Positions 1 to 10,653 are shown, counted from the stretch's first letter. The stretch: 64,000 nt of DNA from Pelagibacterales bacterium SAG-MED43 (GCA_014653535.1 JACWEK010000001.1:5931-69930), one strand, 5' to 3'. A program made the numbers and translations. Notes: generated by a model from the sequence alone, not told the origin.

Positions 1-102
1 TCTTAAATTTTTATTTCTTATAATTACTTTTTTGACCTTTTTTTTTCTGATTTTTTTATCTAAAGATTGTCTTATTATTTCTACTTCTGGTAATTCTGGC
101 AT
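1..102 (-). CDS. mutM: Formamidopyrimidine-DNA glycosylase (5' part, runs off window start)
   Basis: Manual translation of the minus strand from ATG at 102 gives MPELPEVEIIRQSLDKKI..., the diagnostic Fpg/Nei N-terminus; divergent from ubiE as is usual in alphaproteobacteria. Confidence 0.93.
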   Translation of the reverse strand, partial: MPELPEVEIIRQSLDKKIRKKKVKKVIIRNKNLR

Positions 103-133
103 TTGATACTATATTGTTTATATAAAATTATTT

Positions 134-838
134 ATGCAACAATATCTTCAAAATAAAAAAGGGCTAGTTCAAAGTGTGTTTGATCGAGTTTATGACAAAT
201 ATGATCTGATGAATGATTTTATGTCTATTGGAATACATAGGATTTGGAAAAAGAATTTAATAAATATGATGAGTCCGTCTTTAAAAAGTAATTTAATCGA
301 TGTTGCATGCGGCACAGGTGACATTGGAAAATTATTTTTAGACAATACTAAAATAGACTTACCAATTACTTGTGTTGATCCTAATAAGGGTATGATTTCT
401 AAAGGAAAGATGAAATTGGAGAAATATAATAATATTAATTGGATCAACTCCAAAGCAGAAAAATTGCCTGTATCTGACAATACTTACGATTTTTACACCA
501 TTAGTTTTGGGCTTAGAAATACAAATAATATTAATAAAGCTTTATCAGAGGCTTATAGAGTTTTAAAGCCTGGTGGACGATTTTTATGTCTAGAATTTTC
601 AAAAATACAAAATTCTAATTTAGATTTTATTTATAAAAATTATTCAAAATTAATTCCTTTAATTGGTTATTTTGTTGTTGGAGAAAAAGAACCCTATGAA
701 TATTTAATCGAAAGTATTAAAAACTTTGTAAATCAAGAAGAATTGATTTCTTTAATGGAAGAAAGCAAATTTAAAAAATGTTTTTACCGTAATTTATCTG
801 GTGGCATTGTATCAATTCATAGTGGATGGAAGTTTTAA
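134..838 (+). CDS. ubiE: Ubiquinone/menaquinone C-methyltransferase UbiE
   Basis: YDLMNDFMSIGIHRIWK, SAM motif DVACGTGD, TISFGLRN, VLKPGG; directly upstream of ubiB. Confidence 0.95.
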   Translation: MQQYLQNKKGLVQSVFDRVYDKYDLMNDFMSIGIHRIWKKNLINMMSPSLKSNLIDVACGTGDIGKLFLDNTKIDLPITCVDPNKGMISKGKMKLEKYNNINWINSKAEKLPVSDNTYDFYTISFGLRNTNNINKALSEAYRVLKPGGRFLCLEFSKIQNSNLDFIYKNYSKLIPLIGYFVVGEKEPYEYLIESIKNFVNQEELISLMEESKFKKCFYRNLSGGIVSIHSGWKF

Positions 839-2406
839 TGATTAAAAAAATAATCACTTTATTTAAATTAGGTAGGAAAGTTGCAAAATCAGATATTTTA
901 AAAATTACCTCAAAATTTCAAGAACCACCGTTTGCAATTAAACTTTTATTCAAAATACTCGCTTTCTCTTTTTCAAAAAATAACCAAATGAATATGGATA
1001 AGGATGAAGGTGAAAGATTATCAAGTACATTGGAATCAATGGGTACAACATTTATTAAACTTGGACAGTTTCTTGCAACCAGACCTGATATAATTGGCGA
1101 AGAACTATCACTAAAGCTTGAAAATTTACAAGACAGACTTCCTCCCTTTTCAATTTACCAGGCTAAAGAAATTATTAAAAAAGATCTTGGTAAGGATATT
1201 TTCAATTCAATAATAAATTTAAGTGAACCTGTGGCTGCTGCATCTATAGCTCAAGTTCATAAAGCTCAAATAAATGATAATGGTACCATCAAAGATGTGG
1301 CAATAAAAATTTTAAGACCAGATATTAAAAAAATCTTTAATGAAGAAATTGATGCGATGATGCTTTTTGCCTTTTTAATTGAGTCTGTAATAAAAAAAAC
1401 AAAAAGATTAAAACTGGTGGAAGTTGTATTTTTACTAAAAGAAATAACTAACCTAGAGATGGATCTTAGATTTGAAGCTGCGGCTGCTAATGAATATGCG
1501 GAAAATACTAAAAACGATGTTGGTTTTCGAGTACCTGAAATCTACTGGAATTTTACAAGTGAAAATATAATGACCTTAGACTGGATTGACGGAGTTTCAA
1601 TTAGAGAAACTGAAGAACTTAAAAAACAGAATATTGATACAAACAAAATTGCAGAAGATATTATCCAGCATTTTTTAACACATGCTGTAAGGGATGGTTT
1701 TTTTCATGCAGATATGCATCAAGGAAATATTTTTGTAGACAAAAATGGACAAATTATTCCAATAGATTTTGGAATAATGGGTCGTCTTGATAAAATGAGT
1801 AAAAGATTCTTGGCTGAAATTTTATTTGGATTTATTCAAAGAGATTATAAAAAGGTTGCCGAGGTCCATTTAATTGCAGGTTTGGTCCCAAAAGAAGTAC
1901 CGCTAGATGACTTAGCACAAGCATTGCGGTCTATTGGAGAGCCAATCTTTGGTCAGGCAGTAAAAGATATTTCTGGTGGAAAACTTCTTAAGCAATTATT
2001 TGATGTGACGGAAAAATTTAATATGCAAACACAACCTCAATTATTAATGTTACAAAAAACTATGGTTGTAGTTGAAGGTGTTGCCAGAAAACTTAATCCA
2101 GAAACAAATATTTGGACAACCTCTAAGCCTGTTCTGGAAAATTGGTTAAAAGAGACTAAGGATCCTTTAAAAGCAATTAGTGAAACTATTCAAAATACGA
2201 CTGAAGTTGTCAAACGTTTACCAGAATTTCCTGAGATTATGGATAAAGCAAATCAAGCTTTAACTTATTTGGCAAGTGGTCAAATACCTCAAAACTCAAA
2301 TTCCTACACTGCTTTAAACAATAAAAAATCTGAAATGATAGCATTTAAAAATCAATCTATTATTGGAATTTTAGCAGTTGTAATTATAGGTCTATTAGTA
2401 TTTTAA
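838..2406 (+). CDS. ubiB: Ubiquinone biosynthesis ABC1-family kinase UbiB
   Basis: FIKLGQFLATRPD, AAASIAQVH, FFHADMHQGN, DFGIMG; start placed at the TAATG overlap with the ubiE stop (ORF track starts at 826). Confidence 0.95.
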   Translation: MIKKIITLFKLGRKVAKSDILKITSKFQEPPFAIKLLFKILAFSFSKNNQMNMDKDEGERLSSTLESMGTTFIKLGQFLATRPDIIGEELSLKLENLQDRLPPFSIYQAKEIIKKDLGKDIFNSIINLSEPVAAASIAQVHKAQINDNGTIKDVAIKILRPDIKKIFNEEIDAMMLFAFLIESVIKKTKRLKLVEVVFLLKEITNLEMDLRFEAAAANEYAENTKNDVGFRVPEIYWNFTSENIMTLDWIDGVSIRETEELKKQNIDTNKIAEDIIQHFLTHAVRDGFFHADMHQGNIFVDKNGQIIPIDFGIMGRLDKMSKRFLAEILFGFIQRDYKKVAEVHLIAGLVPKEVPLDDLAQALRSIGEPIFGQAVKDISGGKLLKQLFDVTEKFNMQTQPQLLMLQKTMVVVEGVARKLNPETNIWTTSKPVLENWLKETKDPLKAISETIQNTTEVVKRLPEFPEIMDKANQALTYLASGQIPQNSNSYTALNNKKSEMIAFKNQSIIGILAVVIIGLLVF

Positions 2407-2414
2407 TTCATTCG

Positions 2415-3614
2415 ATGAAAAACTTAAAAGATAAAAAAATACTTTTAATTATTTGTGGTGGAGTCGCTGCTTATAAAAGTCTAGAGACAATTAGAATTTT
2501 AAAAAAGTGTGGGTGTGAAATAAAATCAATATTAACTAGTAATGCAAAAAAATTTGTAACTCCTTTATCGGTGGCGTCTTTATCACGAGGAAAGGTTTAT
2601 GATGATTTGTTCAATGTTGAAAATGAAAGCGAAATGGACCACATTGCTTTATCAAGATGGGCAGATTTAATTCTTGTAGAGCCAGCTACTGCAAATACCA
2701 TTTCAAAACTTGCAAAAGGTTCTTCCGAAGATTTAGCTTCTACTGTTATTTTAGCTTCTAATAAGCCAATCTTTTTAGTTCCAGCTATGAATGTGAGAAT
2801 GTGGGAACATCCATCCATGAAAGAAAATTTAGAAATTTTAAAAACCTATTCGTATAAAATAATTGGTCCAGAAATTGGGGAAATGGCTTGTGGAGAATAC
2901 GGTGAGGGTAAAATGACAGAACCGTTAGATATTGTTAATACAATTAATGATTATTTATTTCTTATAAACAAAAATAATAGATTAAAAGCACTTGTTACCG
3001 CGGGTCCAACTCACGAGTATATAGATCCAGTTAGATTTATTACAAATAAATCTAGTGGCAAACAAGGATATGAACTAGCAAAATCATTATCAAGAAATGG
3101 TTTTCAAACAACTTTAATATCTGGACCAACAAATCTCAAGGTAGATGACGAAATCAAACTTATTAAAGTTGAAACTGCAGAACAAATGTTTAAAGAAACT
3201 CAAAAAAATTTACCAGTTGATGTTGCTATTTTTTCTGCTGCAGTTGCTGATTTTAAAGTTTTTGAAAAAAGTGATATAAAGATTAAAAAAGAAGATAAGC
3301 TGACTATTAAATTAGAAAAAAATGTTGATATTTTGAATTATGTTTCTAATCATAATTCCATGCGTCCCAAATTAGTTATAGGGTTTGCGGCAGAGACCAA
3401 TAATTTAGAAAATAATGCAGAAAAAAAATTGAAAAATAAAAATTGTGATATGATTATTGCTAATGATGTTTCAGATAAAAACATAGGATTTGACTCTGAT
3501 TTCAATGAAGTAACAATTTTTTATAAGAATAATAAACAAGAAAAATTGTCCTCAAAAAATAAGATGTTAATATCTGAAGAAATTGTAGAAAGAATAAATA
3601 ATCAATTGACTTGA
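2415..3614 (+). CDS. coaBC: Bifunctional phosphopantothenoylcysteine decarboxylase/ligase CoaBC
   Basis: GGVAAYKS, PATAN, PAMN, ACGEYGEG, VTAGPTHEYIDPVRFITNKSSGKQG, GFAAET. Confidence 0.96.
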   Translation: MKNLKDKKILLIICGGVAAYKSLETIRILKKCGCEIKSILTSNAKKFVTPLSVASLSRGKVYDDLFNVENESEMDHIALSRWADLILVEPATANTISKLAKGSSEDLASTVILASNKPIFLVPAMNVRMWEHPSMKENLEILKTYSYKIIGPEIGEMACGEYGEGKMTEPLDIVNTINDYLFLINKNNRLKALVTAGPTHEYIDPVRFITNKSSGKQGYELAKSLSRNGFQTTLISGPTNLKVDDEIKLIKVETAEQMFKETQKNLPVDVAIFSAAVADFKVFEKSDIKIKKEDKLTIKLEKNVDILNYVSNHNSMRPKLVIGFAAETNNLENNAEKKLKNKNCDMIIANDVSDKNIGFDSDFNEVTIFYKNNKQEKLSSKNKMLISEEIVERINNQLT

Positions 3615-4051
3615 TGATAAAAGTGTTAATTAAAAAACTCTCTCCAGATGTAAAAATACCGACATATAAAACATCAGGCGCTTCTGGAATGGACTTAATG
3701 GCTTTTATCAAGTCAGCTATCACGATTGAACCAAAAACCTCTTGCTTAATTCCAACTGGTTTATCAATGGCGTTCTCTGAGGATTATGAGGTGCAGATAA
3801 GGCCAAGATCGGGTTTAGCTGCTAAGAACAACATAAGTGTGCTTAATACCCCTGGCACAATTGATAGTGATTACCGGGGTGAATTAAAAGTCATTATTTA
3901 TAACCATGGCAAAGAAAATTTTGTGGTTAATAATAATGACCGTATTGCTCAGATGATCTTAACCCCAGTGATTAAAATGGAACTTCAGGAAACCGATAAA
4001 TTGCCTGATACTGTAAGAGGTGATAGTGGCTTTGGCTCTACAGGAAAATGA
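3614..4051 (+). CDS. dut: dUTP diphosphatase
   Basis: GMDL, RPRSGLA, PGTIDSDYRGE, RIAQ, RGDSGFGSTG motifs; ATG overlaps the coaBC stop. Confidence 0.97.
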   Translation: MIKVLIKKLSPDVKIPTYKTSGASGMDLMAFIKSAITIEPKTSCLIPTGLSMAFSEDYEVQIRPRSGLAAKNNISVLNTPGTIDSDYRGELKVIIYNHGKENFVVNNNDRIAQMILTPVIKMELQETDKLPDTVRGDSGFGSTGK

Positions 4052-4800
4052 GTGCAGAGTTAGATAAAATAGAAATTGAAAGATTTTCTAGGCAAATAAT
4101 ACTTAAAAATATTGGTCCATCAGGGCAAAAAAAAATTAAAAATGCCAAAGTTTTAATTGTTGGTGCTGGAGGACTAGGTTGTTCAGTAGCTGAATTTCTT
4201 ACAAGGGCAGGGGTAGGAAATATAGGAATTATAGATAATGATTTAGTCAATGTATCAAATATTCATCGTCAAAGTCTTTATGATATTAATGACATAAATA
4301 AATCAAAAGTTAAATGTGCTAAAAATAAATTAAATAAAATTAATCCAAAAACAATTATAAAAACACATAACTTAAGACTAAATGAAAATAATGCTGCTAA
4401 AATAATTGAGCAATATAATTATATTGTTGATGGAAGTGATAATTTTAAAACTAAGTTTTTAATTAACGACACTTCTATAAGATTAAAGAAATTTCTAGTT
4501 GTAGGTGCAATAAGTAAATTCGATGGTCATTTATTTACTTACAATTTTAAGTTTAAAAAAACACCATGTTTAAGATGCTTTTTTCAAGAGGATAAAATTT
4601 CAGATGATATTTTAAACTGTGAGTACGAGGGGGTTCTTGGAACAGTTGCAGGAATTATTGGTACATTACAAGCTAACGAGATTTTAAAACAAATATTAGA
4701 CATAGGACAAAATCTTGATAAAAAAATTCTTATATTGGATTTATTAAATTTAAATTTTAGAAAAGCTAAAATTACTAAAAAAAAAAGATGTAAATGTTAA
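4048..4800 (+). CDS. HesA/MoeB/ThiF family adenylyltransferase
   Basis: RFSRQI, GAGGLG, SNIHRQ, DGSDNF, CxxC (CLRC) and C-terminal Cys pair. Confidence 0.9.
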   Translation: MSAELDKIEIERFSRQIILKNIGPSGQKKIKNAKVLIVGAGGLGCSVAEFLTRAGVGNIGIIDNDLVNVSNIHRQSLYDINDINKSKVKCAKNKLNKINPKTIIKTHNLRLNENNAAKIIEQYNYIVDGSDNFKTKFLINDTSIRLKKFLVVGAISKFDGHLFTYNFKFKKTPCLRCFFQEDKISDDILNCEYEGVLGTVAGIIGTLQANEILKQILDIGQNLDKKILILDLLNLNFRKAKITKKKRCKC

Positions 4801-5246
4801 AAAAAAATTTTATCATTTTAATAATATCATTATTATTTTTTCAAATGTCTTCTGTAGCGAGTAAAGATAAATTTTTATCTTTAAAAAAAAATAAAGTAAA
4901 TGTTAGATATGGACCAAGTTTTGATTTTCCTGTAAAATATATTTACAAGAAAATAAATTTACCAATTAAACAAATTGATAAAAAAGAAAATTTTAGGAGA
5001 ATTATAGATATTAAGAAAAATAGTGGGTGGATACATAAGTCTCAACTTAAAAAAGTTAATTCAGTAATTACAATTGAAGATAAGATATTATTTGAAAAAT
5101 CTACAATTTTTTCAAAGCCAATTGCTAATATTAAAAAAGGAAGACTGCTCATTGTTAAAAAGTGTGAAGATGATTGGTGTAATGTTGAAACTGAAGGTTT
5201 AAAAGGTTGGATTGATAAAATAAACCTATGGGGTGCTGTTAACTAG
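4794..5246 (+). CDS. Secreted bacterial SH3-domain protein
   Basis: N-terminal signal peptide, VNVRYGP, two GW(I) SH3b-like repeats (SGWIH, KGWID), CEDDWC. Confidence 0.8.
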   Translation: MLKKNFIILIISLLFFQMSSVASKDKFLSLKKNKVNVRYGPSFDFPVKYIYKKINLPIKQIDKKENFRRIIDIKKNSGWIHKSQLKKVNSVITIEDKILFEKSTIFSKPIANIKKGRLLIVKKCEDDWCNVETEGLKGWIDKINLWGAVN

Positions 5247-5251
5247 TTATC

Positions 5252-5494
5252 TTAAGAATTTTTTGATCTACTCGCCCACCATTTATCTAAAATAAAATAC
5301 CAGACGGAATTTGCTATTGGTTCTACTACAGCGTCTGTTAATGCTATTGCAAAAGATACATCTGCAACAAGCATCAAAACTGTAATAGCAATAATAAAAT
5401 GACCTATCGTATAGACAATAGTTCTTAAAATTGAACCTTTATTATTTTTATATACGTTTGAAGCTGTATTAAAAATGCCTTTGGTTAATTCCAT
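5252..5494 (-). CDS. Small membrane protein, DUF2061-like
   Basis: 80 aa with two hydrophobic segments; RTIVYTIGH...EPIANSVWYFILDKWW resembles DUF2061; start overlaps the stop of the upstream gene at 5494. Confidence 0.65.
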   Translation of the reverse strand: MELTKGIFNTASNVYKNNKGSILRTIVYTIGHFIIAITVLMLVADVSFAIALTDAVVEPIANSVWYFILDKWWASRSKNS

Positions 5495-6090
5495 TACTTC
5501 TTAAAAGGACTTTCCAGTATACAGGCTACTAAGTGAATCCTAGCCTGTTCACCACCATTAAAGAAATTGTGATACTTGGTATTATTTGTTATCCATACCT
5601 TTCCATCTGCAGGAAGATGTTTAGCAACATTTTCTATTACCATCGAACAACCTTTGTTAGTTACAATCGGTATATGAAGTCTACACTCTGGGTCTTTATG
5701 CCAACTCAAAGTTGATCTAGGTTCCTTGAGTAATAACCTCACTCTTCCTAATTTAAATTTTTTACTTAATATCTCAAATACTTCTTTAAAGTAGGTTTTT
5801 TCAAATTCTGGAACTAATTGGGTATATTTCGACTCATCTATATCAATATCCCTTGCAACTTCCTTGCCAGTATCATCAGCAATTGTCCAATATTTGCCCC
5901 TTATATTATTACCTTTAATAGAATTCTCATCATTTGGAATTTGATTAATTGGTATTGCACCAAAATGTGTAACTCCTGGTGAGTTGAACTTTTTATTTTT
6001 TAGTATTTTATCTAAATCTGACCTTAGTTTTGAAATATCAAAATTTAGATTAGGCACTTCATAAAAATCTTCAAACTTAGCTTTTTCCAT
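5494..6090 (-). CDS. Fe(II)/2-oxoglutarate oxygenase, aspartyl/asparaginyl beta-hydroxylase-like domain
   Basis: HxD (WHKD), RLHIP, distal His (KYHN) and terminal RIHLV typical of the AspH/proline-hydroxylase-like double-stranded beta-helix fold. Confidence 0.75.
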   Translation of the reverse strand: MEKAKFEDFYEVPNLNFDISKLRSDLDKILKNKKFNSPGVTHFGAIPINQIPNDENSIKGNNIRGKYWTIADDTGKEVARDIDIDESKYTQLVPEFEKTYFKEVFEILSKKFKLGRVRLLLKEPRSTLSWHKDPECRLHIPIVTNKGCSMVIENVAKHLPADGKVWITNNTKYHNFFNGGEQARIHLVACILESPFKK

Positions 6091-6110
6091 ATTTTTTCTA
6101 GTAATCTATT

Positions 6111-8348
6111 TTAATTAAGTCTTAAATCAAATCTATCAGCATTCATTACTTTTACCCATGCCGAGATAAAATCACTTACAAATTTATCATGTGAGTCCTC
6201 GCATGCATAAACTTCAGCTAAAGCTCTTAGTTGTGAATTTGATCCAAAGATAAGATCAACTCTTGTACCTTTCCATTTTGTTTTTTTCGTCTTTCTATCT
6301 ATTCCAACAAATGTTTGCTCAGATTTATCTGTTTCTTTCCATGTTGTATTCATGTCTAATAAGTTTGAGAAATAATCATTAGTTAATACACCAGGTTTTT
6401 TTGTGAAAACTCCATGTATTGAATTATCAAAATTAGTACTTAAAACTCGCATTCCACCCATTAATACTGTCATTTCTGGGGCAGTAAGACCCATTAATTG
6501 GGCTTTATCAATTAGCTTTTCTTCAGCTGATACAATTGACTCACCACCATTTAAATAATTTCTAAAACCATCTGCTTGAGGTTCTAATAACCCAAATGAA
6601 TTCACATCTGTTTGATCTTGTCTTGCATCTCCTCTTCCAGGTGAAAATGGAACTTTTATTTTATATCCGGCTTTTTTAGCGGCCATTTCAACTCCCACTC
6701 CTCCAGCTAAGACAATTAAATCAGCCATTGAAACTGTTTTCTTTTTATTATCAAATTGTTTCTTAATTTTCTTTAACGCTGAGATAACTTTTGAGAGATT
6801 AGAAGGATTATTAACTTTCCAATTTTTTTGTGGTTCTAACATTATTCTTGCCCCATTAGCACCCCCTCTTTTGTCAGAGCCTCTAAAAGTTGAAGCTGAA
6901 GCCCAGGCAGTAGAAACTAAATCAGAAACTGATAATTTAGATTTTGATATTTTTGATTTCAAGTCACTTATATCTTTTGATTTTAATTTATACTTTGGTT
7001 TATCAATTGGGTCTTGCCAAATTAATTGTTCTTTTGGAACATCGCTACCAAGATAACAAACTCTTGGTCCCATATCTCTATGAGTTAGTTTAAACCACGC
7101 CCTAGCAAATGCATCATGAAATTCTTTTGGATTTTTATGAAAATGTTTTGTAATAGGCCCATAACTTGGATCAACTTTCATAGAAATATCTGTTGTTTGC
7201 ATCATTGGAGGGTGAAGAACATTTTTATCGTGTGCATCAGGAACCATTTTTATCTTTTGTCCATTTTTCTTTGGTGTCCACTGATGAGCACCAGCAGGAC
7301 TTTTTGTAAGCTCCCAATCATGCTCATAAAGACAATCTAAATAACCCATATCCCATTTTATTGGATTTTGAGTCCAAGCACCTTCTATGCCGCTACTGAT
7401 TGTATCAACACCTTTTCCTGATTTGTAACCACTATTCCATCCCGTAGATTGATCTTGAATTCTTGAAGCTTCTGGGTCAGGGCCCTTATGTGACTCAGGT
7501 GCTGCTCCATGTGATTTTCCAAATGTATGTCCACCAGCCACTAATGCTGCTGTTTCATAATCATTCATTGCCATTCTACCGAATGTTTCTCTAATATCAT
7601 GTGCTGCAAGTTTTGGATCTGGGTTAGCATCAGGACCTTGTGGATTAACATATATCAAACCCATATGTGAAGCACCAAGTGGCTGTTCTAAATCTCTTTT
7701 TTCAGTATATCTTTCCACTCCTAGCATTTCTTTTTCTGATCCCCAATAAATATCATCCTCTGGCTCCCAAATATCAGTTCTTCCAGCACCAAAACCAAAT
7801 GTTTTAAATCCCATTGAATCTAACGCAACATTACCTACTAGGATAAATAAATCTGCCCAAGAAATCTTATTTCCATATTTTTTTTTAATTGGCCAAAGAA
7901 GTAATCTTGCTTTATCCAAATTGACGTTATCTGGCCAAGAATTAAGTGGTGCAAATCTTTGGTTTCCTGTTCCAGCTCCACCTCTGCCATCACCAGTTCT
8001 GTATGTGCCAGCTGCATGCCAAGCTAATCTAATAAATAAAGGTCCATAATGACCGTAATCAGCTGGCCACCACTCTTGAGAATCCGTCATTAATTTTTTC
8101 AAATCTTTTTTAAGAGCTTTATAATTAAGTTTTTTAAATTCTTTGGAATAATTAAATTTCTTATTCATCGGATTTGATAAATTAGAATGTTGACTAAGTA
8201 TTTTAAGGTTTAAACTATTTGGCCAAAAATCTCTTACAGATTGACCTCTTCCTGCAGAAAATTTTGCGGGTGTTCCGGCTCCTGTGAAAGGACATTTGCT
8301 TAATTGATCGACTTTAAAAGATTTATTTTTAAAATTTTCAGTGCTCAT
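6111..8348 (-). CDS. katG: Catalase-peroxidase
   Basis: RLAWHAAG (distal Arg/Trp/His), [16 protein letters not shown] (Met-Tyr-Trp adduct residues), GGHTFGKSH, two-domain 745 aa. Confidence 0.98.
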   Translation of the reverse strand: MSTENFKNKSFKVDQLSKCPFTGAGTPAKFSAGRGQSVRDFWPNSLNLKILSQHSNLSNPMNKKFNYSKEFKKLNYKALKKDLKKLMTDSQEWWPADYGHYGPLFIRLAWHAAGTYRTGDGRGGAGTGNQRFAPLNSWPDNVNLDKARLLLWPIKKKYGNKISWADLFILVGNVALDSMGFKTFGFGAGRTDIWEPEDDIYWGSEKEMLGVERYTEKRDLEQPLGASHMGLIYVNPQGPDANPDPKLAAHDIRETFGRMAMNDYETAALVAGGHTFGKSHGAAPESHKGPDPEASRIQDQSTGWNSGYKSGKGVDTISSGIEGAWTQNPIKWDMGYLDCLYEHDWELTKSPAGAHQWTPKKNGQKIKMVPDAHDKNVLHPPMMQTTDISMKVDPSYGPITKHFHKNPKEFHDAFARAWFKLTHRDMGPRVCYLGSDVPKEQLIWQDPIDKPKYKLKSKDISDLKSKISKSKLSVSDLVSTAWASASTFRGSDKRGGANGARIMLEPQKNWKVNNPSNLSKVISALKKIKKQFDNKKKTVSMADLIVLAGGVGVEMAAKKAGYKIKVPFSPGRGDARQDQTDVNSFGLLEPQADGFRNYLNGGESIVSAEEKLIDKAQLMGLTAPEMTVLMGGMRVLSTNFDNSIHGVFTKKPGVLTNDYFSNLLDMNTTWKETDKSEQTFVGIDRKTKKTKWKGTRVDLIFGSNSQLRALAEVYACEDSHDKFVSDFISAWVKVMNADRFDLRLN

Positions 8349-8385
8349 TTAATTCTCCGTAAGTAAATTTTTTAGATTTTTGTAG

Positions 8386-8402
8386 TTTATAATGATTCTA
8401 AA
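8386..8402. promoter_or_regulatory. ICE-like (Irr) operator upstream of katG
   Basis: TTTATAA-TGA-TTCTAAA, one mismatch from the ICE consensus TTTAGAA-N3-TTCTAAA, 37 bp upstream of the katG ATG. Confidence 0.7.
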
Positions 8403-8445
8403 AAAGTGTCAATTGGTTTAAAATGACGCTAAATTGATTAATAGA

Positions 8446-8844
8446 TCAGTCTTCTAGCTTTACTAGAACTTCAACTGACTTTATTTTTTTTCCATTAATT
8501 TTTTTTAAAATATTTATTGGTCCTACATCTGAGTTCTCTAAATCAATCAACTTTTCCTCTTTTAAATCATAAAAATGATGATGATCCGTAACGTTTGTAT
8601 CAAAATATGTTTCACTAGAATTAATAGGAATTTGTTTGAGATATCCTTTTTTTTCAAAAGCGTGGACTGTATTATAAACAGTAGCTAATGATATTTTGTT
8701 ATTTGCTTGTTTCGTAATTTTTTGCTTTAATTCATTTATTGTAAAATGAAATGTTTTATCAGTGTTAAATAAAACCTCACAAATTTGAAGCCTTTGCTTG
8801 GTTGGTCTTAATCCAGAATTTCTGAGTTTTTCAATATATTTCAC
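8446..8844 (-). CDS. irr: Iron response regulator Irr (Fur family)
   Basis: GLRPTKQR, ISLATVYNT, YFDTN..HHHF (Irr-type His triad); divergent from fabA as in other alphaproteobacteria; GTG start uncertain. Confidence 0.85.
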   Translation of the reverse strand: MKYIEKLRNSGLRPTKQRLQICEVLFNTDKTFHFTINELKQKITKQANNKISLATVYNTVHAFEKKGYLKQIPINSSETYFDTNVTDHHHFYDLKEEKLIDLENSDVGPINILKKINGKKIKSVEVLVKLED

Positions 8845-8862
8845 TATTTAACCATATTGTTA

Positions 8863-8879
8863 GTTATAATTATTCTAAA
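8863..8879. promoter_or_regulatory. ICE-like (Irr) operator in the irr/fabA intergenic region
   Basis: GTTATAA-TTA-TTCTAAA; shares TTATAATnATTCTAAA with the katG box. Confidence 0.6.
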
Positions 8880-8938
8880 CTAGTATTATAATTATATTAT
8901 ATAATTACAAAATCAAGTAAATAAGGGTACTCAATTTT

Positions 8939-9439
8939 ATGAAAAAAAACTCTTACTCATATGATGAGCTAATTAATTGTGGTGAGGGAAAACTATTTGG
9001 TCCAGGTAATGCCAAATTACCACTTCCACCTATGCTCATGTTTGATAGAATTACTGAGATTACTGATGATAAGGGTGCTTTTAACAAAGGCTCATTGAAA
9101 GCCGAATTGGATATAAGAAAAAACCTTTGGTTTTTTGATTGTCATTTTAAAGAAGACCCTGTCATGCCTGGTTGCCTTGGTCTTGATGCTATGTGGCAAT
9201 TGGTAGGATTCTATTTAGGTTGGATTGGAAATCCAGGAAAAGGAAGAGCCTTAGGAGTTGGGACTGTAAAATTTACTGGTGAAGTTTTACAAAATGTAAA
9301 AAATGTCAGATATGAGATTGATATGAAAAAAATTATGTCTCCAGGAGGTACAACTGTAGGTCTTGCTAATGGGGTGGTGTTAGCAGATAATAAAAAGATA
9401 TATTCAGCAGATAGTTTAAAAGTGGGTTTATTTAAATAA
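8939..9439 (+). CDS. fabA: 3-hydroxyacyl-ACP dehydratase/isomerase FabA
   Basis: [35 protein letters not shown]. Confidence 0.97.
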   Translation: MKKNSYSYDELINCGEGKLFGPGNAKLPLPPMLMFDRITEITDDKGAFNKGSLKAELDIRKNLWFFDCHFKEDPVMPGCLGLDAMWQLVGFYLGWIGNPGKGRALGVGTVKFTGEVLQNVKNVRYEIDMKKIMSPGGTTVGLANGVVLADNKKIYSADSLKVGLFK

Positions 9440-10650
9440 TGAGAAGAGTTGTAATTACAGGTTTGGGAGTAGTATCTTGTTTAGGTAATAATCAAGAAGA
9501 AGTTCATCAATCTCTATTAAATTCTAAATCTGGGATATCATTTAGTGAAGAATATAAAGAACATAATCTAAAAAGCCATGTCCATGGTAAACCAAAAATA
9601 AAACTTGAAGACCATATAGATAGAAAAACTATTAGATTTATGGGATCTGGTTCAGCTTATAATTATATTGCAATGAAAGAGGCAATTGAAGATTCTGGAT
9701 TGGAAGAAAATGAAGTTAGTAATTTTAAAACTGGAATTGTTATGGGGTCTGGGGGTCCGTCGATTGAAAACGTTATTTTAGCAGCCGATAAAACCAGAGC
9801 TAAAACTCCAAAATTAATGGGCCCTTTTATTGTTCCTAGAACTATGGCAAGTACAGCTTCAGCTACGCTTGCAGTTCCTTTCAAAATTAAGGGAACAAAC
9901 TACACAATGAGTTCAGCCTGTGCTACGAGTGGGCACTGTATTGGAAATTCAATGGAGTTAATTCAGATGGGCAAACAAGATGTTGTATTTGCAGGCGGTA
10001 GTGAGGAAATTCACTGGGCAATGACTGCCATGTTTGATGCTATGACAGCTTTGTCGTCAAAATACAATGACACTCCAAAAACAGCATCAAGAGCATATGA
10101 TAAAACTAGAGATGGATTTGTAATTGCTGGAGGTGGTGGTGTTTTAGTGCTTGAAGAATATGAACATGCTAAAGCAAGAGGAGCAAAAATATATGCAGAG
10201 TTAACTGGTTATGGAGCAACTTCAGATGGATACGATATGGTTGCGCCATCTGGAGAAGGGGCTGTAAGATGTATGCAAATGGCCATGGCAACAACCAAAA
10301 ATAAAATTGATTATATAAATACTCATGGAACTTCTACTCCAGTTGGAGATATTACAGAGTTAAATGCTGTTAAAAATACTTTTGGAGACAATATTCCAAA
10401 AATTAGTTCAACTAAATCTTTATCAGGACATCCTTTAGGAGCCGCATCAGTTCATGAAGCTATTTATTGTCTAATAATGATGAAAAATAATTTCATTGCT
10501 GGCTCTGCAAACATCAGTGAAATGGATGAAGAAGCTAAAAAATTTCCAATCGTTGCAAAAACTGAAACTGGTGTAACCTTAAACACAGTAATGTCTAATA
10601 GTTTTGGTTTCGGTGGAACTAACGCTGCTTTAATTTTTGAAAAGGTTTAA
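9439..10650 (+). CDS. fabB: 3-oxoacyl-ACP synthase I
   Basis: [37 protein letters not shown]; lies between fabA and fabI. Confidence 0.95.
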   Translation: MRRVVITGLGVVSCLGNNQEEVHQSLLNSKSGISFSEEYKEHNLKSHVHGKPKIKLEDHIDRKTIRFMGSGSAYNYIAMKEAIEDSGLEENEVSNFKTGIVMGSGGPSIENVILAADKTRAKTPKLMGPFIVPRTMASTASATLAVPFKIKGTNYTMSSACATSGHCIGNSMELIQMGKQDVVFAGGSEEIHWAMTAMFDAMTALSSKYNDTPKTASRAYDKTRDGFVIAGGGGVLVLEEYEHAKARGAKIYAELTGYGATSDGYDMVAPSGEGAVRCMQMAMATTKNKIDYINTHGTSTPVGDITELNAVKNTFGDNIPKISSTKSLSGHPLGAASVHEAIYCLIMMKNNFIAGSANISEMDEEAKKFPIVAKTETGVTLNTVMSNSFGFGGTNAALIFEKV

Positions 10651-10653
10651 ATT

